A stretch of 63,777 nucleotides of DNA, the filler included, from Octopus bimaculoides (Eukaryota): the NCBI RefSeq assembly GCF_001194135.2. It is 5 parts of 5 records of this genome, joined end to end, with 100 filler letters (N's around TTAATTAATTAA, not from the genome) between each part and the next. Parts side by side here need not be neighbours in the genome. Positions count along the whole stretch, not along the records: positions 1 to 14,228 come from NC_068982.1; 4 more parts are not named here. One strand, written 5' to 3'. Below, piece after piece: positions 1-12,182 of this stretch (the first letter of the stretch is position 1; each line of letters begins with the position of its first letter). The position numbers and the translations under genes are program-made. The notes below the pieces were generated by a model. It was not told where the DNA came from. It was given only the letters and a program-made list of their open reading frames with translations, and did no database searches.

Positions 1-1241
1 ATATATATATATATATATATATATATATACTCTTTTACTTGTTATTCATATATCAATTATTGAATAAAAATGAACAGGAGTTACGTTATCACATTCATTA
101 GCTTAAACCTGTTTTGGCTATAAGAAACTTGCATTGAGAGATGAGTGCAGTGTTGAACCTTTCAATTCTCTTTCATTAACAAACAACAGAGTCTTATGTA
201 GTCGTTTGATCTGCTAGAAATACCAATTAATTCTCTCTCAAACCACACACAGCCATCTTTAGAAAGAGGACAATTTGAGGATTTTTGTGGTTTTCGTCAC
301 TGTTTACAAATATCTTTAAAAAAAAAGTTCTTAATGTATCATACAGATGTAATTTTGTACACGAAATCCTAATTTGTTATTCATTTATTCTAGAAAAATT
401 TTTGGTAAAATGTTACGGGTGTTCAAAGTTTGATAATTTTCAGAATTTTAAGCCATTCAGAAAACAACGCGTTCGCTGCCTCTTTCATCATCGAGGAGCG
501 AGGGGCATCGGCATGTCAAAACATTAAACTAAAATTGTTGAGTGTGAGTTCCATGTTATGAAAACAAACAATTATAGAACAAGTGCTGGTTACACTCCTG
601 GTGTGCATGCGCAGCATCTTTGATTACTATGGGAACAGAGTTCTGTGGAACACATGGTGCTTCTTTGCTTTGGTTACTATAGAAACAGACTTCACTGCAT
701 CGGTGATGTCTAAAATACTTGCTTCTGATTGGCTAAAATACCCAAATTTTGCAAAATTTAAACGCTAATAACTTTTTAATTATGAATTTATAGGGGAAAT
801 GAATTTCATTCTCATAGCTAGTGTACAAAACTTAATCCATATACCAAATTTGAAGACAACTGGAACAGTAGGTTGATTACGGTAACATGACTAACTTAAA
901 TAAGTAACGAGTCATTTCCTCTAGCAGTTTTTAACTATTTCCTGCGGCCAGTCCCTAATTCTAACAATTAGTATTACTCTAAGAAGGTTTCCATCACGGT
1001 AGTATTTCCGTCCTCGAGATCTAACATAATACATGTGTAAGAGATCGCACAACAGTAACGTTGTTTCAAATTTCTAAATTATCGGTTTTCTGTTTTCTGT
1101 TGTTTGCTTTTGAGTTGTTGTTTTTTAAGTCTCTTTTTAGTTTCTTTTATAAGGTTTTTCTGGGGTTTTTTTTATCTGATGTAAAACAAAGAAACCTACG
1201 GAAAGAATAAACAAGAATGATAAATATTAGTTTCTAATATA

Positions 1242-1691
1242 GGCGCAGGAGGGACTGTGTGGTAAGCAGCTTGTTTACCAACCACATGGTTCCTGGTTCA
1301 GTCCCACTGCGTGGCACCTTGGGCAAGTGTCTTTTACTATAGCCTCGGGCCGACCAAAGCCTTATGANNNNNNNNNNTCTTTTACTATAGCCTCGGGCCG
1401 ACCAAAGCCTTATGAGTGAATTTGGTAGACGGAAACTGAAAGAAGCCCGTCGTATATATGCGTATATATATAAATGTATGTATGTGTGTGTATATGTTTG
1501 TGTGTGTGTCCCCCCAACATCGCTTGACAACCGATGCTGGTGTGTTTACGTCCCCGTAACTTAGAGGTTCGGAAAAAGAGAGACCGAAAGAATAAGTACT
1601 AGGCTTACAAAGAATAAGTCCTAGGGTCGATTTGCTCGACTAAAGGCAGTGCTCCAGCATGGCCGCAGTCAAATGACTGAAACAAGTAAAA
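1242..1691 (+). mobile_element. tRNA-derived SINE, family A (near full length)
   Basis: Head GGCGCAGGAGGGACTGTGTGGTAAG (A-box-like) and GGTTCAGTCCC (B-box-like), then a CORE-like CACCTTGGGCAAGTGTC segment, internal (TA/TG)n, and tail GCTCCAGCATGGCCGCAGTCAAATGACTGAAACAAGTAAAA. The same sequence recurs several times in the window. Confidence 0.9.
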
Positions 1692-1834
1692 GAGAGAGAG
1701 TAATATAAACACAAGTCTCGGATACTAGAATGAAGAAGTATTTGCAACAATAAACAACCACAGCATCAGCAATGTAACGAGTGATAACAGAAATAGACTA
1801 TAAACCAGAGAACCACAATGCGTAAAAGAGAAAG

Positions 1835-2120
1835 ACCACACTATATAACAGAGAGATCAACACTGTATAACTGAGCGACCAACGGTATATAAGAGAGACC
1901 AACACTATATAACAGAGAGACCAACACTACATTACTGAGAAGCTAACACTATATAACAGAGAGACCAACATTATCTTACAGAGAGACCAACATTATCTAA
2001 CAGACAGGCCAACAATATATAACGGAGAAAAAGAGAGACTAACAGTATACAACAGAGAGGGAGACCAATACTATATAACAGAGAGAGAGAGAGAGAAACC
2101 GACACTATATAACAGAGAAA

Positions 2121-2152
<32 letters not shown>

Positions 2153-2300
2153 CCAACACTATATAGGAGACAGGCCAACAATATACAACAGAAGTTAACA
2201 CTATATAACAAAGAACAGCAGTACTTAACAGAGAGACTGACATTATATAACAGAGAGATCAATGTATATCACAAAGAGGCCAACACTATATAACAGAGAC
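1835..2300. repeat. Degenerate minisatellite, about 22-bp unit (AACAGAGAGACCAACACTATAT)
   Basis: The unit is read repeatedly with substitutions and with (GA)n expansions inside some units. Confidence 0.85.
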
Positions 2301-2949
2301 AAGTACTGCCTCTGTTTTCTATGTCTAAGGGAGTATTCAGGGAAGCCTACCTTTATCTCTTTATTATTCATTGTAGCTGACATTACAGACGCATTCACAT
2401 ACACATACACACACGTATACATTCACGCACACAAAAATGCATACGCGCACACATTCATTGACATATATATATACATAAACCCCGTATGTAGATGCACACG
2501 CAGTCAAACACACATATACACATACATACCGCGTATCCATTTGCTACCTACCAAGAGTATCTCTACCAAATTTGTGGATTCCTCCAACACACCATTCTTT
2601 AACCATTGTAGCTCTGTATCAGTACTCCTGCGGGAAAACTCCTTTGCAACTCTTTTATCTCTAACTCTGGGCTGAACACAAACAAATATCCACCTAAACT
2701 CTCCTTCATCTCACCAGTTTCTCCAAAATTTCCAATCATCAAGTGTTCCAACCCCACAAGGCAACAGATACTGCCAACGAGTAGCATCATCCTCAAAAAG
2801 TATGCTCTTGAGATATCATGTATTTTCTATTCGACCATGTCAGGTACGGAAACGTTTGAACTAAATTGCCCCATTATAGGCTCCATTTGTGTCTTATGGT
2901 TTAGATAGGCTCTTTGGTCCACAGATATATTGTTTCTTTTCTGTGACTA

Positions 2950-3450
2950 TCTCAAAGGGAAGTTAAATAGGAAAATTAAGACAGAATCTGTTAATTTTAA
3001 TAAGGTTCTGGTACTTGAGAACAATATACTTGAGAAAGAACTCTTGATAAATTCGAAGGGGCTAACAGGAAAGCCGTTGCAAAATGAATTGGAAGTAGCG
3101 AAATGCGTCTCGATCATGTCTATGGCTGTGTCGTCCGAACTACAATGCGAGCACAAGGAAGAAAAGCTATACGGTGGATAGTGGAGATACAGTATGGCAA
3201 GAAAGCTACATTTCAATCTCTGACGCAGTGCACTGAGCACATGCGATTCGATTCTAAACAGATGCAAGAGGTTTTTCGACAGGACCTTACCAAACTGAGA
3301 ATGAGAAGTGTCAACTGTATACCTTAGAATTCGTTACCTACTTCGACGTGACATAGCAGAAAAGGCAATATTCTGACTAAAGTTGAATCAAGCAGCCGAA
3401 ATAGCGGCTGCTACGAGCCGTTCTGTAATGTTCAGGTTGAAGAAAATCAA
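2950..3450 (+). mobile_element. Highly decayed non-LTR retrotransposon relic (R4/Dong-like zinc-knuckle to REL region)
   Basis: Frameshifted pieces AKC..RLDHVYGC and TENEKCQLYTLEFVTYFD resemble the KCRxC..ETxxHxxSxC and ENEKxKxxWDFxIQTD motifs. Many stops. Confidence 0.4.
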
Positions 3451-3529
3451 TGGTCAGTACTACATTCCACACTTATTCTCTACTGTCACTGCTGATTTCT
3501 ATTGTTACTTGTAAAAGACTATAAATATT

Positions 3530-4745
3530 ACCCGTTGTGAAAACCGAGAAGTGGTGAGAGTGCTGGGAAAGGCTACGGTCAAGAGAGACACATTTGACAA
3601 TTTTTAGCTCATTTTTAGCTAAATACAGGGCCAAATATTTTGACAAAGGTGCAACCAATAGATTGTTGCTGGTCGTCAATACCACAAACAACGATTCACA
3701 GACTTGTGCGATTCTAATGATATCAATCCACAACAACTTCCACCCGTTACGACACATAGTAAGCCTGGATGATTTTGTATGAAGAAACTGTAACCTGTAA
3801 TATGAAACATTTTCTTTTTTTATGCTATGTATAATAATACCACATGTATGGTGTTCAACTGTTCTGATTGTCTGTCTGGATCTCAAAACCCAGTATAATT
3901 TTCAGTGTACTAGATTCTTTTACAGCCATTTTTATTTTATAATTGTACTTTTTGCTTGAAGTGTTGTATGGATATTTATTTATGAAGTAACAGTGTAAAA
4001 AAAGAGAGAAACTTTAACGGGACGTCGCCGGTAATATTTTGCGACATCCACCGAAGTCGACTTTGCCTTTCATCCTTTCGGGGTCGATAAATTAAGTACC
4101 AGTTGCGTACTGGGATCGATCTAATCGACTGCCCCCTCACAAAAAAAAAAAAAATTCGGGCCTTGTGCCTAGAATAGAAAAGAATATTTTGCGACATGCT
4201 TCAATAATATCAATATTTTCAACTCGCTCATTACATAGACGGTACTTGTTCGTTGAAGTGTTGGAATATATAATTTTATTCAGTTAACACATCATTAAAG
4301 CTTGATTTCGAGCAGCCATCAACAAGCACTCCATTTTCCTCATTAAATCTCCTCTCTGGAACCACTCTCACGGTGAGTCATGATTTTCCTTTTCACATTC
4401 TTGCTATGTACGTGGAACTTTCCATGTAACTTTCCGTTCTTTCACAAACTATTCTGCTTTGATATGCTTTCTTTTTTTCAGGTTCAACACAAGTAGGTTT
4501 TAGTTAGCTCTATTACAGAATGTTTATGCTGTCCTTCACTCTTTGCCAGGTAGTGGCTTACTGACCTTTGTTCGCCATTCACATTACCAGAAATATTAAG
4601 TGCCGTTCCCTCTAAATCTTTTGGCATTTTTATTCGGATAAAGCGCTTCAATGCTAAATTAGGTTGTTGTTTTTTTTTCTCTCTGTTTAATGCTTCTATT
4701 TCATCTTTCGTCCATTTCACTTTTGCAGCACTAAAATGCACGACA
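3530..4745 (-). mobile_element. R4/Dong-like (REL-endonuclease) LINE 3' relic, interrupted by a SINE
   Basis: Minus-strand pieces in the expected order: FSAAKVKWTKDEIEALNR; KNGKLHGKFH; WFQRGDLMRKMECLLMAARNQAL; NKYRLCNERVENIDIIEAC; KIILGFEIQTDNQ..HKKRKCFILQV; LWIDIIRIAQV..ELKIVKCV. Confidence 0.8.
4048..4182 (+). mobile_element. 5'-truncated SINE family B with 15-bp target-site duplication
   Basis: Body GTCGACTTTGCCTTTCATCCTTTCGGGGTCGATAAATTAAGTACCAG...CCTTGTGCCTAGAATAGAAAAG, flanked by identical AATATTTTGCGACAT at 4033-4047 and 4183-4197. Confidence 0.9.
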
Positions 4746-5269
4746 GTAATCGTCTGTGTATGGCTGCATCTGTTTCAGAGGTACTGAAAAAGAGTCACAG
4801 ACACTTTCTTCTTCAACCAGGTGCAAAAAGATTAGTTCGCCATTTCATATATTACCACCAACAAAATAATGATTAGGTATCTTTAATGACAGAGAATCGT
4901 CACAACAACGACAGCAACATCAACAACGACGATACTGACAGAACAAGAGAATCCTTAGACTTGGCTGAAATGACAATTAAATTTTGCTCAAATCATACTC
5001 TACTCTCTTTGAAAACGGGAAGAAAGTATTAGGTAAAGGAGGGTGAGTATTAGATACAGTATGTACCAATGACTATATTACATTTGCACATGAGATGGCC
5101 AAAAAGACCTTTAACCATAGGTCTGCTTCATGGTAGTTGACATGATTAAACAACAACGACGACAGCGACAATGACGATGATGGTGATGATGCTGGAAGTG
5201 GCGATGTGTGTGAGTGGGTAATTATTATACAAATATTTTGCGCCACCGAAGACAATAGCAACATCACAA

Positions 5270-5630
5270 TGGAGCTTCTACAAAACAGCAGCCATATCGT
5301 CTTCAGATCACATCCCACCATCTTAAAAAAGAATAACGATTCTAATTACTCTATATTTGAATAAAAGACAGGATGATCGTTGCTGAAATGCTTTTGGTCA
5401 TGGATTTACTCGAACAGTCAAAAACAAAACAAAACAACAAAATAAAAAAGAAAAACAACAAACGAGAAGCCTGTACGTTGTCACTCGACTTGCTAGCAAC
5501 AGTAGGCAAATCTTTCTCGTATCACACACTAACATCTTAGAAAAGGAGAGAGGGAATAATCTCGGCTAGAGTATCTTCGATCATTTACGCCTTTATTATT
5601 AAGGTCAGCCTGAAATTAAACAACAATGCA
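5270..5630 (+). repeat. Two adjacent copies of unclassified dispersed repeat family F (core CTAGAAATAGCAGCCAAAT..TCACAC..CATCTTAAAAA)
   Basis: The same core is visible near 190-275, 19395-19470, 31140-31320 (-), 49520-49665 and 53820-53935. Copies are very diverged. Confidence 0.6.
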
Positions 5631-6048
5631 TATAATTTCGAACATAAGTAGAAGGCCTGAAATTTGAAGTAAGGGGGAGCCGCTTACCCTAACCACAATA
5701 CGTTATTGTTACTTTACAGACGCAGGGAAAATGGGCCTCAGTGGTATTTGAACTCACAGTGTAAAGTCCCATAACTGTTTACCACGGAGCATTTTGTCAA
5801 TTCTGCCAATCTACTTTGCTTACAATAAACAGAAAATAATAGAAAGCAGTTGAATAGAATCATGACTTACCATTTGTGTCGATGAACAACAAGATATAGT
5901 GAATCGTGATAGACTCTCCACCAGCACTTGAGTGTTAGGACTGAACACTGGCCAATCAATTGTTATATATATATATAAATATATATATACACACACACTA
6001 TATACAACATGTACACTCTAACACATCCCTTTTCACCCTTTCATTTAC

Positions 6049-6092
<44 letters not shown>

Positions 6093-6487
6093 TGTGTGTC
6101 TGTACGTGTATACTGATAATGACGGTGGCGGTAGTTTGGTAGCAATGGCGCCGTTAGTTGGTCTACATGTGATAGACACATTGGTTGTTTCGGTGGTAGT
6201 AGTGATTGTGCTAGTGCTAGTGCTGGTGGTAAGTTTTGGAAAGGGTGGTGTTGATGTTGGTAGGGATGTTCGTTTGTGACGAAATTAGTGATACCGTTGA
6301 TATTAATAGCAGTGGTGGTGGTGGAGCAGCGTAAGATGCATCTGGCTCGCTTCACAGCAACTTCAACTCCACTTCTTTAATTTCAATCGCTTCATTCTTC
6401 GCGTGTAATTATCTCTCTCTGACTTTTTTTCTTTTCAGCTACATTCTTCTATATTTCTATATTTCATAATTCGTTTCTCTCTCTCTA

Positions 6488-6539
<52 letters not shown>

Positions 6540-6549
6540 NNNNNNNNNN

Positions 6550-6623
<74 letters not shown>

Positions 6624-7196
6624 TGTATATACACATCCACACACACATATATACATACATGCATACATATATATATATACATGTGTGTGTGTGTGTGTGC
6701 GTGTGTGTGTGTGCGTGTGTGTGTATGTGCGCGTGTGTGTGAGTATACATATACATATGTGTACGTGTATGTATATCTGTCTTCCTGTCTGCCATTCTTC
6801 CTATCCACCTCCCACACTCTGCACCTCGACTGGTGTACCGGAAGGACGAGGACGTGTGGTAGACGTTCACCTCCAGAGCAACAATATGACCTCACTCACA
6901 AAACCCTCAGTTAGGGACGGGAGAATTTGCCCACGGCACTCCAAGCTTGTACTTAATCCCGGTTTCTATAGAGTTTAACTACCAACACCGTTATCACAAC
7001 TACCCCATATCACATACCACTCCTCAACTGGCTCGTCACACTTCCTTGTCTCCCCAGACAACTGAGTCAAAGATTGGGTAAGCTGGGAAGCTGGATTAGA
7101 ACAGACACACAAACATAAATAGACAGACACGCAGGAAAACAATAAGGTGCGCGCATGCATTTACGCACGTACACATAATGCTATATAACTATTTAT

Positions 7197-7197
<1 letters not shown>

Positions 7198-7244
<47 letters not shown>

Positions 7245-7249
7245 TAGAC

Positions 7250-7313
<64 letters not shown>

Positions 7314-7326
7314 GGATGGATAGATG

Positions 7327-7378
<52 letters not shown>
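7198..7378. repeat. Compound tetranucleotide microsatellite (GACA)n(GATA)n
   Basis: Read directly from the sequence. Confidence 0.97.
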
Positions 7379-7379
<1 letters not shown>

Positions 7380-7715
7380 GAGCAATATGCCACCAATTTC
7401 TTTCAGGTTTAGCTGAACCATAAACATTATGCTAGCTACATTTTTGAAAACGTTTTTCTGAACAATGTCATTTTGAAAATATGCAAATTAATAAGAGTTT
7501 TATGGAAAAGTGATCGGGAGAGGAGAATGAAATAAAGTTTATCAGAAGAAAATGTATTTCTGCAAAATATCATTAAAAGAAATAAGCATTTTTAGGAAAG
7601 TTACGAAGAGATAAATTTGGTGGGGCACCAAACTATAGATATGCCATATATGTATGTGTGTGTGTGTGTGTGTATGCATATATATACATATGTGTGTGTG
7701 TATTTATATATATAA

Positions 7716-7754
<39 letters not shown>

Positions 7755-9039
7755 TGAAAAAAATTGGAGTCAACAAGAAGGAGTACGGTTCGACATTTAT
7801 TTTCAATTACTACAATTGTTTCTATGCAACGTACTTCTCCAGGCGTGCAGGTACTTGATTATCCGACTGTTTCCCTACATTATGCTACCGTTTCTCTGCA
7901 TTTACACACGACATATGCTCAAACGCAAACCTGCAAGTACGTATATTACTACTACTGGATAGCACAGGGTAAAATCTGAAGGTGAACGAACTTTATACTG
8001 TACACTACTATGTTCTTAACAGAATATACCATAACAATACGTGTATATCCNNNNNNNNNNNNNNNNNNNNNNNNNNNNNNNNNNNNNNNNNNNNNNNNNN
8101 NNNNNNNNNNNNNNNNNNNNNNNNNNNNNNNNNNNNNNNNNNNNNNNNNNNNNNNNNNNNNNNNNNNNNNNNNNNNNNNNNNNNNNNNNNNNNNNNNNNN
8201 NNNNNNNNNNNNNNNNNNNNNNNNNNNNNNNNNNNNNNNNNNNNNNNNNNNNNNNNNNNNNNNNNNNNNNNNNNNNNNNNNNNNNNNNNNNNNNNNNNNN
8301 NNNNNNNNNNNNNNNNNNNNNNNNNNNNNNNNNNNNNNNNNNNNNNNNNNNNNNNNNNNNNNNNNNNNNNNNNNNNNNNNNNNNNNNNNNNNNNNNNNNN
8401 NNNNNNNNNNNNNNNNNNNNNNNNNNNNNNNNNNNNNNNNNNNNNNNNNNNNNNNNNNNNNNNNNNNNNNNNNNNNNNNNNNNNNNNNNNNNNNNNNNNN
8501 NNNNNNNNNNNNNNNNNNNNNNNNNNNNNNNNNNNNNNNNNNNNNNNNNNNNNNNNNNNNNNNNNNNNNNNNNNNNNNNNNNNNNNNNNNNNNNNNNNNN
8601 NNNNNNNNNNNNNNNNNNNNNNNNNNNNNNNNNNNNNNNNNNNNNNNNNNNNNNNNNNNNTATATATACACCTACATATATCAACCTGACGACTAAAGTC
8701 AGGATAAAGAAAAATAAATGAACGACACGAATACTAACCGTGTATTATACAAACCCTTATACACACATACACATACACTAAAAATAGAATAAGAAAGAAA
8801 AGAAAAATAAATAGATAAATAAATAAGTAAATTAATACAAAATAAAAGACTCGGATACAAATAATATAATACACTAACCCATATACACCCACACGGGACA
8901 CATAGTAAACACATAGGCACATACATACAGATACACATACATCACACACACATAGATACATACACATCACACGCACACACAGAGACGGAACGCATGCGCA
9001 GATAGAGATACATACGACAAAAGTACAAAATAGAATAAG

Positions 9040-9432
9040 CAGCACAAGAAGAAGCACATGAGACAGAGAGTCACTGAAGAGGGTCACAGAACGTGTGACG
9101 AAAGGTCTTTGACAAGCGTATAAACTAACAATAATACGAATAAAAACTAGGGTGAAGATCAAATAAATAGTGCAACTGTTTAATTGGCAAAAAATGAAAT
9201 GGTAAATGGTATACGGCACAAAAAAAGTCACTTTAAAGTTATTAAAATAATATTCACAGAGGTTTATATGATCGGAAATATAATTCGAAGTGTTCATGGT
9301 ATCACCGTGACGTCATATAAAATTAACCTATCATAAACAAAATAGATGGAGTTTATGATTTATTCACGTGTTTCTGAGTATTATTTACCAGACAATTTTA
9401 TGCGTTGGTGAAAGGCATTTGCTTGTGGTATT

Positions 9433-9437
<5 letters not shown>
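9040..9437 (-). mobile_element. Penelope-like element relic, copy 1 (GIY-YIG C-terminus on -, hammerhead on +)
   Basis: Minus strand 9286-9252 reads ELYFRSYKPL-N, like the ExxYIxxxxPxLN end of PLE GIY-YIG domains. About 9195-9437 aligns by eye to 13895-14137, and 9045-9190 to 16215-16360. Confidence 0.7.
9070..9113 (+). ncRNA. Minimal type I hammerhead ribozyme motif
   Basis: GUCA (stem I) CUGAAGA gg GUCACA gaacg UGUGAC (6-bp stem II) GAA AGGUCU U (near-palindromic stem III, cleavage base U9109) UGAC (stem I partner). Two extra G after A9 deviate from consensus. Confidence 0.7.
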
Positions 9438-9491
<54 letters not shown>

Positions 9492-10896
9492 NNNNNNNNN
9501 NNNNNNNNNNNNNNNNNNNNNNNNNNNNNNNNNNNNNNNNNNNNNNNNNNNNNNNNNNNNNNNNNNNNNNNNNNNNNNNNNNNNNNNNNNNNNNNNNNNN
9601 NNNNNNNNNNNNNNNNNNNNNNNNNNNNNNNNNNNNNNNNNNNNNNNNNNNNNNNNNNNNNNNNNNNNNNNNNNNNNNNNNNNNNNNNNNNNNNNNNNNN
9701 NNNNNNNNNNNNNNNNNNNNNNNNNNNNNNNNNNNNNNNNNNNNNNNNNNNNNNNNNNNNNNNNNNNNNNNNNNNNNNNNNNNNNNNNNNNNNNNNNNNN
9801 NNNNNNNNNNNNNNNNNNNNNNNNNNNNNNNNNNNNNNNNNNNNNNNNNNNNNNNNNNNNNNNNNNNNNNNNNNNNNNNNNNNNNNNNNNNNNNNNNNNN
9901 ATATACATATATAATCAAAATAAGCAACAAGGATATCCAAAGTTAATGCAGTACGATCGTTTCATGCGACTCCATTTATTTAAGCAATGTGAACATTACA
10001 TCAAATGTAAAATGCAGAGCAATCCTCAGCTGCACAAAGATATAGAAATTTACTGAAATTTCATTTCAACAGAAGGACATATTTTTGTAACTACATTTAA
10101 ACTCTCCAAGTAGAAAGGAAGAATACAAAAAACCATTTTGACTTAGCCAGGCCATACAGGCTAGTAATTAATTCTAAGCAGATTTTTAACTGTCACTGAT
10201 TTTATTTGTTTTTCTGTTTCTGATTTATAGGTCATCTTATCAGACCTAGTGATTCAAAGCTTAAGAGGGCACTAGCATTTTCTTTATAGGGAAAGGGATA
10301 AACAATATACATGAACAATATGGTTATAAAATTTTTTGGGGTTTAATGACAACCTACTATAGTAGGTTCTCTACTAGCAGACCAGTTTATAATGGAGCAG
10401 GGGAAGTTTTAGCATAAGGCACCTAGGTCAAAAGTATATAAAATAAAGTTGCTATATGTGTACAGATACAGTAAATGTCTATTCATAGTTTTTATTAATC
10501 AGAATAATGTATCAGTATTGTTTTACATATGCTAAGTTTGAAAAACCCGAGACACCAATATTTGCTTAATTAATATGTGAATAAATAAAAGCTAATTATA
10601 AATTAATAATGAAATAAAAAATAAATAAGAAATAAATAAATAAATGGAGTCGCGTGAAACGATCATCTGCATTAACTATGGATATCCTTGTTGCTTATTT
10701 TGATTTTAATCACCTTATTTTGGAATTGTATGGGTAATACCACACTTAATTCTGGTGCCAAAACTTAAATACCATATTCGCCTTGAATCTATATTTGTGT
10801 GTGTGTGTGAGTATGTGTGTATTATATATATGTATATATATATATTCATGTGTGTGTGTGTGTGTGTGTGTGTGTTTGTATGTATGTATTTATGTA

Positions 10897-12182
10897 CAGG
10901 GTGCGATGAGTAAATCGTTGCCATTGTATATTTGTAATGTCTCCCAGGTACATTGTTTGTTTTTGAATCTGTCGACTAAACAGTATAGTAGGGTCAGTCG
11001 GGTACGGTCTGTGAGAAAAACAGCACCATGATGCAATTCACTCTATTAGAAGTTTGGAAACGACTTGCTATACTGCTTGGCATTCGCGCAGGAAGCTCCA
11101 ATACGAACATTTCAGAATGTTTGGGTGTCAATCTGAGGACAGTGTAGAGGATTCGGAAAGAGTTGGATAAGTCTAATGGGGATTACGAAGGTACGGCGGC
11201 TCGGATAATTCACTCTGAGCGTTCTGATAAGAATAGAACTCCTGAATTTTTTTGGTGTGGCGCAGGCTATGATTGATCCCTCCAAGTCAATCAGGTCCAT
11301 CACCAAGGGCGTGAGCGCGTCTCAGTTTCTTATCAAGCAGGTAATGCCTGAAGACATTCGGGTATTTCTCCTACAAGATGAGAAAGGCCAATTTTTATCC
11401 CAAGCCATGAAATACAAGAGGAAGGACCGCGCTACGAAGCTTTTGAACAAATTCAAGCATTTCCTCCAACCCAACATGCTTTGGTTTTTCTCAGACGAGA
11501 AAAATTTCTGCCAGGATCAGATGGTGAAACACAAAACAGCCGTTGGCTTGCCGTGTCCCTAAAACATGTACCGCGAGTGATAGAAATCAAACATTCAATC
11601 AACATCATGGTGTTTGGAGTGATCACTGGTGATGGCGAAGTTATGCCTCCATTCATCTTTCCACACGGCCTCAAACTCAACACGGAAGCCTATGTCAAGT
11701 ACCAGGAGAAGGTAATGCTGCCCTGGCTCAAGTGGGTGGCTGCTGGAAGACCGTATATCTGACAACAGGGTTCTGCATCATGACACACACGCAGAAGAAT
11801 CCAGTCACAGACAATTTCTGTGACCACATCACCCCTAACATCTGGCATCCTAAGTCTCTAGACCGCAACCCCCTTCATTATTGTGTGGGACGCAGTGGAG
11901 CGAGAGACCAACAAAACTCCTTGTAACACCAAAGATGAACTGAAGGCAACAATTATGGTAGAATTCATCAACTTAAACAAGGAGACCGTCCAGAAGAGTT
12001 GCAGGAGATTCCGAAGTCGTCTGGAAGGTGTGTTTCAAGCCAATGGTGATTTTATTGAATAAGTTTACTCTTTACTATTTCAAGATATTCTTATGCACTT
12101 TGGCAAATATATGTTAAAATAAGATGTCAGTGTTATTTTCCTCTTTGTGTAATTTAGACAACAATTTATTCACCGGACCCCG
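10897..12182 (+). mobile_element. Full-length, inactive Tc1/mariner-superfamily DNA transposon (DD37D/maT-like), 1286 bp
   Basis: Left end CAGGGTGCGATGAGTAAATCGTTG versus reverse complement of the right end CGGGGTCCGGTGAATAAATTGTTG, 19/24 identical. TA on both flanks (10895-96, 12183-84). Encloses a transposase pseudogene. Confidence 0.92.
11028..12062 (+). pseudogene. DD37D-type transposase pseudogene
   Basis: Frameshifted pieces: LWFFSDEKNFCQD (first Asp); NIMVFGVITGDGEVMPPFIF; YI*QQGSAS (second Asp mutated to G); IWHPKSLDRNPLHY (WPPxSPDxNPLDY-like); ends RFRSRLEGVFQANGDFIE*. The 37-residue spacing is inferred after restoring a small deletion. Confidence 0.88.

Noticed and set aside
1330-1415. 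Direct duplications flanking 10-N gaps (also about 62750-62840, 63198-63300, 63618-63667) and around the 35350-35534 gap
   Set aside because: Identical sequence on both sides of a gap is the signature of unmerged contig overlaps, not tandem duplication.
1835-2300. Regular repeats as a possible CRISPR-like array
   Set aside because: Units are contiguous and degenerate with no unique spacers, in a eukaryotic context.
8685-8703. CCTGACGACTAAAGTCAGG as a hammerhead core
   Set aside because: It forms a simple self-hairpin; no GAAA or stem III follows.
7952-8721. Long ORFs spanning N gaps (also 9.4-9.9, 12.1-12.9, 16.7-17.3, 32.2-33.3, 43.2-44.2, 45.9-46.8, 52.0-52.6 and 61.7-62.4 kb)
   Set aside because: Open only because N codons are not stops.
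9308-9326. TGACGTCA (CRE) abutting TATAAAA, conserved at about 14006-14024
   Set aside because: It lies inside the minus-strand GIY-YIG relic (ILYDVT), so the conservation is explained by shared TE ancestry. No independent promoter evidence.
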